Positions 19,647 through 29,242 of a stretch of DNA of 47,097 nt are shown one piece after another. A model generated the notes under the pieces. That model made no database searches and was not told the origin of the DNA. It was given only the letters and a program-made list of their open reading frames with translations. This DNA is from Salinarchaeum sp. (GTDB taxonomy: Archaea > Halobacteriota > Halobacteria > Halobacteriales > SKNY01), in NCBI GenBank assembly GCA_007123105.1, contig SKNY01000065.1:1-47097 (forward strand). Reading direction: 5' to 3'. Both the position numbers and the translations under genes were made by a program. How positions within the stretch are numbered: position 1 is the first letter of the stretch; each line of letters opens with the position of its first letter.

Positions 19647-20563
19647 TGGTGGACGTCGATAGCTTCATCCCGGAGGCAATCGCCGAGATCGAAACTGCCG
19701 TCGGGGACGGGCGGGCGATCATCGCGCTCTCGGGCGGGGTCGATTCATCGGTCGCTGCCACGGTGGCCCACCGCGCGATCGGGGATCGATTGATCCCCGT
19801 CTATGTCGACACGGGGTTAATGCGGGCGGGCGAGACAGAATCCATCCGCGAGACGTTCTCGTTCATGGAGCAACTCGAAATCGTTGATGCCCGCGACCGA
19901 TTTCTCGCGGCACTCGCCGGCGTCACCGATCCGGAAGAAAAACGGCAGGTTATCGGCGAGACGTTCATCCGGGTCTTTGAAGAGCAGGCACGAAGGGTAG
20001 ATGCCACCTACCTCGTCCAAGGAACGATCTACCCCGACCGAATCGAATCCGAGGGAGGCATCAAGTCCCATCACAACGTCGGTGGTCTGCCCGAGGTCAT
20101 CGATTTCGACGGGATCGTCGAACCGGTCCGCGATCTTTACAAAGACGAGGTGCGCGAGGTTGCCCGTGCGCTCTCGCTCGAATCAGTCATCGCCGAGCGC
20201 ATGCCGTTTCCCGGTCCCGGACTTGCGGTGCGGATGATCGGCGAGGTAACCGAGGAAAAATTGTCCGTGGCACGAGCGTCGTGTGCAATCGTCGAGGAGG
20301 AACTCGAGGAATATGAGCCATGGCAAGCCCTCGCCGCGGTCATCGGCAAGGCGACGGGTGTGAAAGGAGACAACCGTGTCCATGGCTGGGTCGTCGCCGT
20401 CCGATCCGTGGATAGTCGTGACGGCATGACCGCGAGGGCCCAGGATATCGACTGGGAAACCCTCCAACGGATTCAGAGCCGAATTACGGGCGAAAATCCT
20501 TCGGTCGCACGAGTCGTCTATGACGTCACGCACAAACCGCCGGCGACGATCGAGTATGAGTAA
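19646..20563 (+). CDS. guaAb: GMP synthase, ATP pyrophosphatase subunit B
   Basis: [12 protein letters not shown]-loop, [31 protein letters not shown]. Confidence 0.96.
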   Translation: MVDVDSFIPEAIAEIETAVGDGRAIIALSGGVDSSVAATVAHRAIGDRLIPVYVDTGLMRAGETESIRETFSFMEQLEIVDARDRFLAALAGVTDPEEKRQVIGETFIRVFEEQARRVDATYLVQGTIYPDRIESEGGIKSHHNVGGLPEVIDFDGIVEPVRDLYKDEVREVARALSLESVIAERMPFPGPGLAVRMIGEVTEEKLSVARASCAIVEEELEEYEPWQALAAVIGKATGVKGDNRVHGWVVAVRSVDSRDGMTARAQDIDWETLQRIQSRITGENPSVARVVYDVTHKPPATIEYE

Positions 20564-20590
20564 CGCCGGAGCCGAGTCCAGTAGCCACCC

Positions 20591-20932
20591 ATGACACAAA
20601 TCGTAGTCGGCGGCGACGGTGCGACGGAACTGATTAGTGCACTCCGGAATGCGGGCTTTACCATCGACCGGATTTCCGCCCCGGTGACAGCACGGGCCCT
20701 AGAGCGGACAGGAATTGAGGAGGCCACGATGTTCGTGTTGACCGACGTCGAAGAAGCGACGAGTATTCCCGTTGCCCGTGAACTGAATCCTGGGCTCGAT
20801 GTCGTCGTCCTGAGTCGAACGTCCCTCCCCGAATTCGCCAGTCCCATCGCGGATCTAGTTATCCACCCAGAGGCGATGGACGCAACGATGCTCGTAGAAG
20901 AACTCGCCCGGCGTGTCAATGCGGCAGACTAG
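20591..20932 (+). CDS. Conserved haloarchaeal protein usually found after pyrG-guaAb (DUF7126-like)
   Basis: LE..GI..A..FVLTD..EATSIPVARELNP pattern. Confidence 0.7.
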   Translation: MTQIVVGGDGATELISALRNAGFTIDRISAPVTARALERTGIEEATMFVLTDVEEATSIPVARELNPGLDVVVLSRTSLPEFASPIADLVIHPEAMDATMLVEELARRVNAAD

Positions 20933-21177
20933 GCGACCCCAGCGACATCTGGCTCGTCGGCTGGATCGCACACGGTGTAACCGTCCGCCTCAAGTGCCTT
21001 CGTGATGAGCTGATCGTCGATATCTCGAATGATGGCCCGCGGGACGAGCTGGTTACCGTCGAATACATCGAATTCGACCGTTCTGACGGCGACCTCTCCG
21101 TCACTACCAGTCCCAAAAATTTCGACGAGCACCTCCCCACGGAACCGATATATGTTAAACGACGAGATCGTATCCAT
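20929..21177 (-). CDS. Hypothetical acidic protein (82 aa)
   Basis: MDTISSFNIYRFRGEVLVEIFG...; acidic composition; fills the gap; stop overlaps the convergent gene. Confidence 0.5.
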   Translation of the reverse strand: MDTISSFNIYRFRGEVLVEIFGTGSDGEVAVRTVEFDVFDGNQLVPRAIIRDIDDQLITKALEADGYTVCDPADEPDVAGVA

Positions 21178-21227
21178 ACAGATACATTCACGCGAGAAAC
21201 GATATGGACCAACCCTAATCATTTAGG

Positions 21228-22256
21228 CTACCGATCAATGATTGGATCGGCCACGTGGACGAGTTGCTTGCCGAGATTTGCGCCGGCGAACAGTCCAATG
21301 AAGGCATCGGCAGCCGATTCGATACCATCGGTGACCGTCTCTTCGTACGCCAGCGCATCCGAACGGATCCAGTCTGCCAATCTCCGTTCGGCGACATCGG
21401 CGCGATGGTCGAAATCGCCGACGAGGAAGCCACGGATCTGGGCCCGAGTCGCGATCAACCTGTGGAGTTTCCGGGGGCCGACGGGTTGGTCTGTGTCATT
21501 GTACAGGGCTATCTGACCGCAGATGGCCACCCGAGCATCAACAGCCAGGTGCGAAAACACTGCATCGGTGATTGTACCGCCGACATTATCGAAGTAGACG
21601 TCCACGCCATCGGGGCAGGCGCGTTCGATGGCCGCGTCGAGATCACTTTCCCGTCGATAGTTGATCGCAGTATCGATGCCGGCAACGGTTTCGAGCCACT
21701 CACATTTTTCGTCCGTTCCAGCCGTTCCAACCACGTGGCAACCAGACATCCGCGCGATCTGTGCGGCCGTCGACCCGACCGCTCCGGCGGCCCCCGAGAC
21801 GACAACTGTTTCCCCCGCATTCGGGCCGGCGACCTCACGCATACCGAAGTACGCCGTCCGTCCGGGCATCCCGACGACACCTAATCGAGTCGATATTGGA
21901 GCCAGCTCCGAATCAATGGGCTCAACGTCTGCTCCCACCGCTGTCGCATACTCTGCCCACCGAAGTCTCCCACGGACGAGATCCCCGCGCTCGAACAACG
22001 GATGCTGGCTCTCCAAAATCTCTCCAACGACCCCACCGCGGAGGATATCTCCTACATCCCATGCTGCTGCGTAGCCGGACGTGCCACCGATGCGGCCACG
22101 CATATACGGGTCGACCGACAGATAACAGGTCTTGACCAGCACTTCACCCGCGGCCGGTTCCGGCACCGGCTGATCGACGAGCGCAAACGCCTCCTCGGTT
22201 GGTTCGCCGGAGGGTCGTTCTGCCAGAACCCAACCGCGATTTAACTCCTCAGTCAT
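21228..22256 (-). CDS. NADP-dependent oxidoreductase (MDR family, CurA/prostaglandin reductase-like)
   Basis: YLSVDPYMRG, GMPGRTAYFG, VSGAAGAVGS, YFDNVGG, GANLGKQLV. Confidence 0.92.
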   Translation of the reverse strand: MTEELNRGWVLAERPSGEPTEEAFALVDQPVPEPAAGEVLVKTCYLSVDPYMRGRIGGTSGYAAAWDVGDILRGGVVGEILESQHPLFERGDLVRGRLRWAEYATAVGADVEPIDSELAPISTRLGVVGMPGRTAYFGMREVAGPNAGETVVVSGAAGAVGSTAAQIARMSGCHVVGTAGTDEKCEWLETVAGIDTAINYRRESDLDAAIERACPDGVDVYFDNVGGTITDAVFSHLAVDARVAICGQIALYNDTDQPVGPRKLHRLIATRAQIRGFLVGDFDHRADVAERRLADWIRSDALAYEETVTDGIESAADAFIGLFAGANLGKQLVHVADPIIDR

Positions 22257-22281
22257 ACCCAGATTGCGCGGAAGGGCACCT

Positions 22282-22287
22282 AAAAAA
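22282..22287 (-). terminator. T6 tract after tRNA-Arg (probable archaeal terminator; may also serve as TATA for the 22256 gene)
   Basis: TTTTTT on the minus strand 20 nt after the tRNA and 26-31 nt before the next ATG. Confidence 0.5.
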
Positions 22288-22306
22288 GGGACGATCCGGC
22301 CCGCAA

Positions 22307-22379
22307 CGGGCGTGACGGGATTCGAACCCGCGATCGAAAGGTTAGGAACCTTTCGCCCTATCCGCTAGGCCACACGCCC
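22307..22379 (-). tRNA. tRNA-Arg (anticodon CCT)
   Basis: Cloverleaf GGGCGTG...CACGCCC-G, anticodon arm AAAGG-TTCCTAA-CCTTT, T-loop GGTTCGAATCC. Confidence 0.96.
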
Positions 22380-22412
22380 TGCTGACAGGTGGGAGCGTAC
22401 CGCCAAAAACGG

Positions 22413-22718
22413 TTACTGTTGATTGGTTTCTTCGTCCGGTTCGACCTCTTCGGTCTCGGTTGACTCCGATGGAGATTCGACGTCGCCACCGTCACCGGAC
22501 AGCTCAGAATCGTCCATGGTGGCCGTATCCTGGAGTTCTTGGAGTTCCTGTTCGACCTGTTGGCGACCTTTCTTAAATTCCCCCATTGCTTCACCAGTCG
22601 ATCGAGCGAGCTTTGGGATCTTGTTCGCACCAAACAGTAGAATGGCGATCAGGAGAATGACCGCGAGCTCCATCCCACCCGGAACCCCCGGAAAGAGGGG
22701 TATTGCTTGGAAAGGCAT
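22413..22718 (-). CDS. tatA: Twin-arginine translocase TatA
   Basis: PGGMELAVILLIAILLFGANKIPKLARSTGEAMGEFKKG, acidic tail. Confidence 0.95.
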   Translation of the reverse strand: MPFQAIPLFPGVPGGMELAVILLIAILLFGANKIPKLARSTGEAMGEFKKGRQQVEQELQELQDTATMDDSELSGDGGDVESPSESTETEEVEPDEETNQQ

Positions 22719-23078
22719 CTATGGCATAGATAGCCGAGAAGCAGTTATAGGCTTTATGGAGATGCTGGACATGAACTAATATCCAGAAGTTCTGGGAATT
22801 GTGATCATCACGTCCAGTTCTGTAGCTCAATACACCGAGCAAGATCACCATACTATCGCATCAAAAATGCGTTCGTTTCCCAAGATGGTTTCGCGAGATC
22901 CGTCGGTATCACGGCAAACACCATCGGCCAGCGGGCAGTGTCCGAGGTTCCCCTCGGGAGAAGGCATGGTTTGCATCCCTCGGAGAGCTCCGGAGATTGC
23001 AACCATCACCGCCGTCGTTTTCGTCGCTCTGCGGTGGGAAAAGAAGCCTTCATAAGTTTCCTGTAGCTGGCATATACC

Positions 23079-25028
23079 ATGTCGATTTCCGTCCGCCTTC
23101 CCGACGGCTCAACGCTCGACGTTGAGGAGGGTGCCACGGTCCAGGAGGTTGCCTATGAGATTGGTCCCGGCCTGGGCAGCGATACCGTCGCCGGCGTCGT
23201 CGACGGAACCCTCGTCGCACGGGAGGAAACGCTTGACTCCGATGTTTCGCTCGAGATCGTCACCGACGATAGCGACGAGTATCTGGATGCGCTCCGACAC
23301 ACAGCAGCACACGTATTCGCTCAGGCGTTATTGCGTCTCCACCCGGACGCGAAGTTGGCGATCGGACCATGGACGGACGATGGGTTCTACTACGATATCG
23401 CACACGTCGACCTCGACGAGGATGACCTCAAGCAGATCGAAGCAGAAGCCCATCGCATCATCGAAGCCGATCTAACCGTCGACCGTCTGGAGATGGAGCG
23501 TGCGGACGCCATCGAATACTATGAGGAAGCTGCACCAAATCGGTTCAAACGCGAGATTCTCGCAGAGGAGGCCAGCGGAGAGGCGACGGTGTCCTTCTAT
23601 GAACAGGGAGAGTTCCGCGATCTCTGTCGCGGTCCTCACGTTCGTTCGACAGGCGAAATCGGGGGCTTCGCGTTGTTGGAGATGTCAGCCGCCTATTGGC
23701 GAGGCGATGAGTCGAACGAAACGCTTACGCGAGTGTACGGAACGGCGTTTCCGAGTGAAGCCGAACTGGAATCGTTCCTCGAGCGCCGCGAGGCGGCCAA
23801 AGAACGGGACCACCGACGTATCGGCCAGGAAATGGATTTGTTTTCGATCCCCGAACACTCACCGGGGTGTGTCCACTTCCATCCGAACGGCATGCGAGTG
23901 CGACGCGAGCTCGAGGAGTACGTCCGGACGAAGAACGAAGAACTCGGCTACGAAGAGGTGTGGACACCCGAACTCAACAAAAAGGAGCTTTGGCAGAAAT
24001 CGGGTCATCTGGACTTTTTCGGTGCCGAAGGTGAGTTCTATCTGTGGGAACAGGACGGCGACGAGTACGGGCTCAAGCCGATGAACTGTGCGAATCACGC
24101 CTATCTTTACGACCGCGAGAAGTGGTCCTACCGGGACCTGCCGATCCGGTTTTCGGAGTTCGGCACCGTCTATCGAAACGAACAATCAGGAGAGCTATCG
24201 GGCCTATTTCGGGTGCGCGGGATGACCCAAGACGACGGCCATGCATTCATCAGACCGGATCAAATCCAGGCAGAGATCACCCACACCCTTTCGATCATCG
24301 AGGAGCTGTACGGGGAGTTTGGCCTCGAGGCAGTCTATAAGCTCGAAACCAAAGGCGATCATTCGGTGGGCTCCGATGACATCTGGGCGCGTGCCACCGA
24401 AGCACTGCGTGATGCCCTGGAGGAGCGCGGCCTCGAGTACGAGATCGAGGAAGGCGAAGCAGCCTTTTACGGACCGAAGATTGGGCTCGACGCCGTCGAC
24501 GTGCTTGGTCGGGAGTGGACGGTCGGTACGGTCCAGCTCGATTTCAACATCCCAGAGCGACTCGATCTGATCTATATCGGCGAGGATAACCGTGAACACC
24601 GTCCGGTGATGGTCCATCGGGCGTTACTTGGCACGTTCGAACGGTTTCTCGGTGTGATGCTCGAGCATTTCGGCGGCGATTTCCCCACCTGGCTCGCACC
24701 AGAGCAGGTACGCATCCTGCCGATCAGCGACGACCAGCTCGAGTACGCAAACGCCCTCGCCGATACCTTCACCGGCGTTCGGGTGACGATCGCAGACCGA
24801 TCTTCGACGCTCGGACGGAAGATTCAGGCTGCCCACGACGACAGAGTTCCGTATATGGTCATCATCGGCGGTAACGAAGAGGAGTCGGGGACGATCTCCA
24901 TCCGTGATCGGTTCGAGCGGGAACTCGACGACATCGACCCGGCAGCGTTTAAACGGGCACTGGACGAGGAGATCGCCGCGAAACGACTGGAGCCGGCAAT
25001 CATCGAGACGTGGTCCGACCATGAGTGA
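23079..25028 (+). CDS. thrS: Threonine--tRNA ligase (bacterial-type, with TGS and editing domains)
   Basis: LRHTAAHVFAQA, DLCRGPH, RDHRRIG, LKPMNC, YRNEQSGELSGLFRVRGMTQDDGH, FYGPKI. Confidence 0.98.
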   Translation: MSISVRLPDGSTLDVEEGATVQEVAYEIGPGLGSDTVAGVVDGTLVAREETLDSDVSLEIVTDDSDEYLDALRHTAAHVFAQALLRLHPDAKLAIGPWTDDGFYYDIAHVDLDEDDLKQIEAEAHRIIEADLTVDRLEMERADAIEYYEEAAPNRFKREILAEEASGEATVSFYEQGEFRDLCRGPHVRSTGEIGGFALLEMSAAYWRGDESNETLTRVYGTAFPSEAELESFLERREAAKERDHRRIGQEMDLFSIPEHSPGCVHFHPNGMRVRRELEEYVRTKNEELGYEEVWTPELNKKELWQKSGHLDFFGAEGEFYLWEQDGDEYGLKPMNCANHAYLYDREKWSYRDLPIRFSEFGTVYRNEQSGELSGLFRVRGMTQDDGHAFIRPDQIQAEITHTLSIIEELYGEFGLEAVYKLETKGDHSVGSDDIWARATEALRDALEERGLEYEIEEGEAAFYGPKIGLDAVDVLGREWTVGTVQLDFNIPERLDLIYIGEDNREHRPVMVHRALLGTFERFLGVMLEHFGGDFPTWLAPEQVRILPISDDQLEYANALADTFTGVRVTIADRSSTLGRKIQAAHDDRVPYMVIIGGNEEESGTISIRDRFERELDDIDPAAFKRALDEEIAAKRLEPAIIETWSDHE

Positions 25029-25082
25029 AGACGGTCAAATGAGACGGGGTCGAACGGGAGGAAACGGCCGGAGGATGACGCG

Positions 25083-26588
25083 ATGAAGGTTTCACCCATC
25101 CACGCCGCAGTACTCGAGGCGCTTGCTGATGATGACGGCCGCAGCATCCATGGAATCGCTTCCGCGATCGACGAAAAACCCGAGACGGTCACCGGTGCCG
25201 CCTTCGCCCTCGAGGAAGCGGGCCTTGTACAGGTCGAGGAAGTAGACCGGACTACGGTCTCGCTGACCGCGGAGGGGACGACATACGAAGGTGAAGGGCT
25301 CCCGGAACGTCGCCTCTATGCGGCCGTCGTCGAAAGCGTAGGCACCGAAACGCCCGTCGCGCTCGGTGACGTCCTCGCTGAGGCGGACATTGCTGGTGAA
25401 GAGATCGACATTGCGCTTTCGAACCTGGCCCGCAAGGGATTGGGAGCGATCGATTCCGGTGAACTCACTGTTGTGGCAGATCCCCCACCGGATACCGAGG
25501 CATCGGCGCTGGCCGCCATCGCGGCAGATGATACCGATGGGATCGACGCAGCGGTCCTCGACCAACTCGAGCGGCGAAACCTCATTTCCGTCTCGACGCA
25601 CACGGAACGCACGGTCACCCTCTCCTCGGCAGGTGCGGCTGCCGTCGAGGAAGGCCTGGAGGTAGCCGAGCAACTCGGACCAGTGACTCCCGAGTTATTG
25701 ACCAGTGAAGACTGGAAGCAAGCGGAGTTCCGACCGTATAACGTGACAGCCGACCCACCGCTCGAGATCGGAGGACGTGTCCATCCGCTTCGGCAGATGG
25801 CCGAACGGGTAAAGGACGTTCTTATTGGGATGGGATTCCGGGAAATGGACGGGCCCCACGTCGACGCGGACTTCTGGATCAACGACTGTTTGTTCATGCC
25901 CCAAGACCATCCGGCCCGCACCCACTGGGACCGATTCGCGCTCGAACAACCCGAACGGATCGACAAGCTACCCGACGAACTCGTTGATCGCGTCGAAGCT
26001 GCGCATCGTGAAGGGGTTGGTGAAGATGGGGAGGGATATCGATCGCCGTGGGATGAAGACTTCGCCCGCGCGTTGGCACTCCGCGGCCACACGACCTCGT
26101 TGTCGGCACGATACCTGTCGGGTCGGGCAATCGGCGAGCTCGAGCCACCCCAGCGGTTTTTCAGCGTCGAGAAGGTCTATCGGAACGACACGCTTGATGC
26201 GACACACCTCCTCGAGTTCTTTCAGATCGAGGGCTGGGTAATGGCTGATGCGCTGAGCGTCCGCGACCTGATGGGGACCTTCACCGAATTCTACGAACAC
26301 TTCGGTATTACGGATCTCGAGTTCAAACCCCACTACAACCCGTACACCGAACCGAGTTTCGAGCTCTTTGGAACCCATCCCCGAACCGGTGAGCTCATCG
26401 AAATCGGTAACAGCGGTATCTTCCGGCCCGAGATGCTCGAACCCTTAGGCGTGGAAGCTGACGTCATGGCCTGGGGATTGGCCCTAGAGCGACTGTTGAT
26501 GTTGGTCACGGGCGCAGAGGACATCCGCGATGTTCACGGTACGTTAGTTGATCTCGAGTACCTGCGCACCGAGGAGGCGATCTACTGA
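25083..26588 (+). CDS. pheS: Phenylalanine--tRNA ligase alpha subunit
   Basis: FMPQDHPART, LRGHTT, KVYRNDTLDATHLLEFFQIEG, YNPYTEPS, WGLALERL. Confidence 0.97.
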   Translation: MKVSPIHAAVLEALADDDGRSIHGIASAIDEKPETVTGAAFALEEAGLVQVEEVDRTTVSLTAEGTTYEGEGLPERRLYAAVVESVGTETPVALGDVLAEADIAGEEIDIALSNLARKGLGAIDSGELTVVADPPPDTEASALAAIAADDTDGIDAAVLDQLERRNLISVSTHTERTVTLSSAGAAAVEEGLEVAEQLGPVTPELLTSEDWKQAEFRPYNVTADPPLEIGGRVHPLRQMAERVKDVLIGMGFREMDGPHVDADFWINDCLFMPQDHPARTHWDRFALEQPERIDKLPDELVDRVEAAHREGVGEDGEGYRSPWDEDFARALALRGHTTSLSARYLSGRAIGELEPPQRFFSVEKVYRNDTLDATHLLEFFQIEGWVMADALSVRDLMGTFTEFYEHFGITDLEFKPHYNPYTEPSFELFGTHPRTGELIEIGNSGIFRPEMLEPLGVEADVMAWGLALERLLMLVTGAEDIRDVHGTLVDLEYLRTEEAIY

Positions 26589-28318
26589 TGCCCGTCGTCG
26601 ACGTCGATCCCGACGAACTGCGGACGCTGGTCGGCACCGAGGAGAAGACAGACGATGAGCTCATCGCGGATCTGTTCGCGCTTGGACTGGAGTTCGAGGG
26701 CCGAAACGAGGCTGGTAAGTTTCAACTCGAGTTTGCACCAGACCGGCTCGACCGGTTGTCCGTCGAGGGCGTCGCCCGCTCATTGCGATACCAGTACGGC
26801 CTCGAACGGGGCGTCTACGTACCGTCTGTCGGGCGCTCGAATTGGACAATCGAAGTAGATCCATCGGTCCCCACCGCTCGGCCATACGTCACCGGGGCCG
26901 TCGCGCGTGACGTCTCGTTGACCGAGGACACGCTTACATCGCTCATCCAACTTCAAGAGAAGCTTCACGAGACAATGGGTAGATCGCGGGCAAAAGGTGC
27001 CATTGGCCTGCATGATCTCACGATGCTTCAGGGCGACGATCCGCTGGAGGATGGCGGTGCGTCGGTGACCTACCGTGGGATATCGGGCGACGGCGGTCAG
27101 TTCGTCCCATTGGAGAGCTCCGAGGCCATGACGCCGGCCCGGGTGTTAGAAGCCCACCCAACCGGACAGGCATATGCCGGCGTGGTCGCCGACTACGAAT
27201 CCTTCCCAGCCATCTATGACGAGATTGGCCTCTTTTCGTTTCCACCAATCATCAACGGCCAGCGCACCGAAGTGACAACTGGCACCCGTGATCTGTTCAT
27301 CGAGTTGACCGGGACCGACGAGTGGACGATCGAGAAGATGTTGACGATCGTCTGTTATGCGTTAGACGCACGTGGGGCATCGATCGAGTCGGTTACCGTC
27401 GAGTATCCGGACCGCACCCATCGCAGTCCCGATCTCGAACGTGATCGAAAACACGTCTCCCACGCCAGAATCGAACGTACACTCGGTATTGAACTTACAC
27501 CGGATGACGTGATTGATTTGCTCGAACGAGCCGGGCTCGATGCCGTGCGCGAGGAGGACACCGACACCTACGCCGTTGAGGTACCACCGTACCGGGTCGA
27601 CGTGCTCCATCCCGTCGATCTCGTCGATGACGTCGGGCGCGCGTACGGGTTCAATGACCTCAAGCCACGCTATCCGGAGGTCGGGACCGTGGGTACCCGC
27701 CACAACCGATCCCGGTTTGAACGGGTCGTCCGAGAGTTGCTCGTTGGCCTCGGGTTCGAGGATTTGCTCAACTTCCACCTCATCAGCGAACGGGCAAACT
27801 TCGATCGGATCGGGGTGGAACCGACCGACGACGCTGTCGGTGGGGGCCAACCCGTTACCATCAGCGAGCCGTACAGCGAAGAGTATGAGATCGTCCGCAC
27901 GTGGGCATTGCCGTCGTTGTGTCTCGTCCTGGAAAACAACACACACCGTGCCTATCCCCAGCGGTTGTGCGACATCGGACTTGTGGCATCCGTCGATCGG
28001 GATGAACGACTGAAGGTCACGGAGCACCGAACCGTCGCTGGAGTAATCGCCACCCACGATACCTCATTTGAGGATGCGGCCGCCCCACTCGCGGCGATCT
28101 GCCGACGATTCGGCCTCTCGTTAACGACCCAGCCGACGACCCACCCGAGCTTCATCGACGGTCGGGCCGCAACCATCGACGTAGGCACCGGACCGATCGG
28201 TATCGTCGGCGAACTCCACCCGCGCGTCGTGACCGAATTCGACGTCGAAGTTCCCGTGGCCGCATTCGAGGTTCGACTCGACGGCCTCCAATCGGCGGTG
28301 GAGTCACACAATGAGTGA
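26588..28318 (+). CDS. pheT: Phenylalanine--tRNA ligase beta subunit
   Basis: PDRLDRLSVEGVAR, LIQLQEKLH, FSFPPIING, PPYRVDVLHPVDLVDDVGRAYG. Confidence 0.97.
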   Translation: MPVVDVDPDELRTLVGTEEKTDDELIADLFALGLEFEGRNEAGKFQLEFAPDRLDRLSVEGVARSLRYQYGLERGVYVPSVGRSNWTIEVDPSVPTARPYVTGAVARDVSLTEDTLTSLIQLQEKLHETMGRSRAKGAIGLHDLTMLQGDDPLEDGGASVTYRGISGDGGQFVPLESSEAMTPARVLEAHPTGQAYAGVVADYESFPAIYDEIGLFSFPPIINGQRTEVTTGTRDLFIELTGTDEWTIEKMLTIVCYALDARGASIESVTVEYPDRTHRSPDLERDRKHVSHARIERTLGIELTPDDVIDLLERAGLDAVREEDTDTYAVEVPPYRVDVLHPVDLVDDVGRAYGFNDLKPRYPEVGTVGTRHNRSRFERVVRELLVGLGFEDLLNFHLISERANFDRIGVEPTDDAVGGGQPVTISEPYSEEYEIVRTWALPSLCLVLENNTHRAYPQRLCDIGLVASVDRDERLKVTEHRTVAGVIATHDTSFEDAAAPLAAICRRFGLSLTTQPTTHPSFIDGRAATIDVGTGPIGIVGELHPRVVTEFDVEVPVAAFEVRLDGLQSAVESHNE

Positions 28319-29111
28319 TTCCGACTACGGAGCCTACGACCGCGAAGCCGATCACGCCTTTCCGGACGAGCGGCTTCATGCCATACTAGATCGAATTGCA
28401 GACGACGACGAGGTCCAGGCGCTGCTCGCAGCCCAGAACGTCAACCCCGTAACCAGACTCGGATTCAATGACCACGGCCCCAAACACGTCGAGATCGTCA
28501 CCGATCGGGCACTATCGCTCTACGATCTGTTAAAGCGGGCGGACGTGCCGTTCTCCGGTGCCGCCGATCACGGCCTCGCAGCAGCTGACGAGGCCGTCAT
28601 CATCGGCCTCGCGGCAACGCTCCACGACGTGGGTCACATCGTCCACCGGACGGACCACGCCCACTGGTCGGTACCGCTCGCAGCCGACATTCTCGATCGG
28701 ATCCTCCCCTCGTTCTACGGGACGGCCGAGTGTGTCTGCATCAAAGCCGAAACGCTCCATGCAATCGTTTGCCATCACGCAGACTCAGTCCCCCTCACCG
28801 AGGAGGCCGGAGTCATGCGTGTCGCCGACGGATTGGACATGGAACGAGGTCGTTCGCGCGCACCGTACGAAAGCGGCGGACGGGGGATCAACACCGTCTC
28901 CAGTCGGGCGATCGAACACGTGCGGCTGTTTGCCGGCGAGCAGGTACCGGTCCGCGTCGAGATCGAAATGACGAGCGCGGCGGGCGTCTATCAGGTCGAC
29001 ACCTTGTTAAAGCGGAAGCTCGAGGGCTCGGGACTCGAGGACTACATCCGGATCGTCGCAGTCAACGTCGGGTCTGGCAGTGACCCGATCGTAGAACGCA
29101 TCGAACTCTGA
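28311..29111 (+). CDS. HD-domain metal-dependent phosphohydrolase
   Basis: NDHGPKH, LHDVGH, CHH, VADGLDM. Confidence 0.9.
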   Translation: MSDSDYGAYDREADHAFPDERLHAILDRIADDDEVQALLAAQNVNPVTRLGFNDHGPKHVEIVTDRALSLYDLLKRADVPFSGAADHGLAAADEAVIIGLAATLHDVGHIVHRTDHAHWSVPLAADILDRILPSFYGTAECVCIKAETLHAIVCHHADSVPLTEEAGVMRVADGLDMERGRSRAPYESGGRGINTVSSRAIEHVRLFAGEQVPVRVEIEMTSAAGVYQVDTLLKRKLEGSGLEDYIRIVAVNVGSGSDPIVERIEL

Positions 29112-29161
29112 GCCCCGCAAAAGGAAAGCCCCAATACTGTGGGTCAGTAACGTCTCCATGC

Positions 29162-29233
29162 GCGTGGGTGGTCTAGCGGCTAGGACCTCAGCCTTCCAAG
29201 CTGATGGCCCGGGTTCAAATCCCGGCCCACGCA
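29162..29233 (+). tRNA. tRNA-Gly (anticodon TCC)
   Basis: Acceptor stem GCGTGGG/CCCACGC-A, anticodon arm TCAGC-CTTCCAA-GCTGA, T-loop GGTTCAAATCC. Confidence 0.96.
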
Positions 29234-29242
29234 TCCATTCTC

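Noticed and set aside
22307-22379. tRNAs as integration sites or intron carriers
   Set aside because: No duplicated tRNA 3' end, no integrase and no intron for either tRNA
22857-23078. T-box riboswitch upstream of thrS
   Set aside because: No T-box consensus (TGGNACC) or terminator/antiterminator pair seen; a TATA-like box just before the thrS ATG suggests a leaderless mRNA
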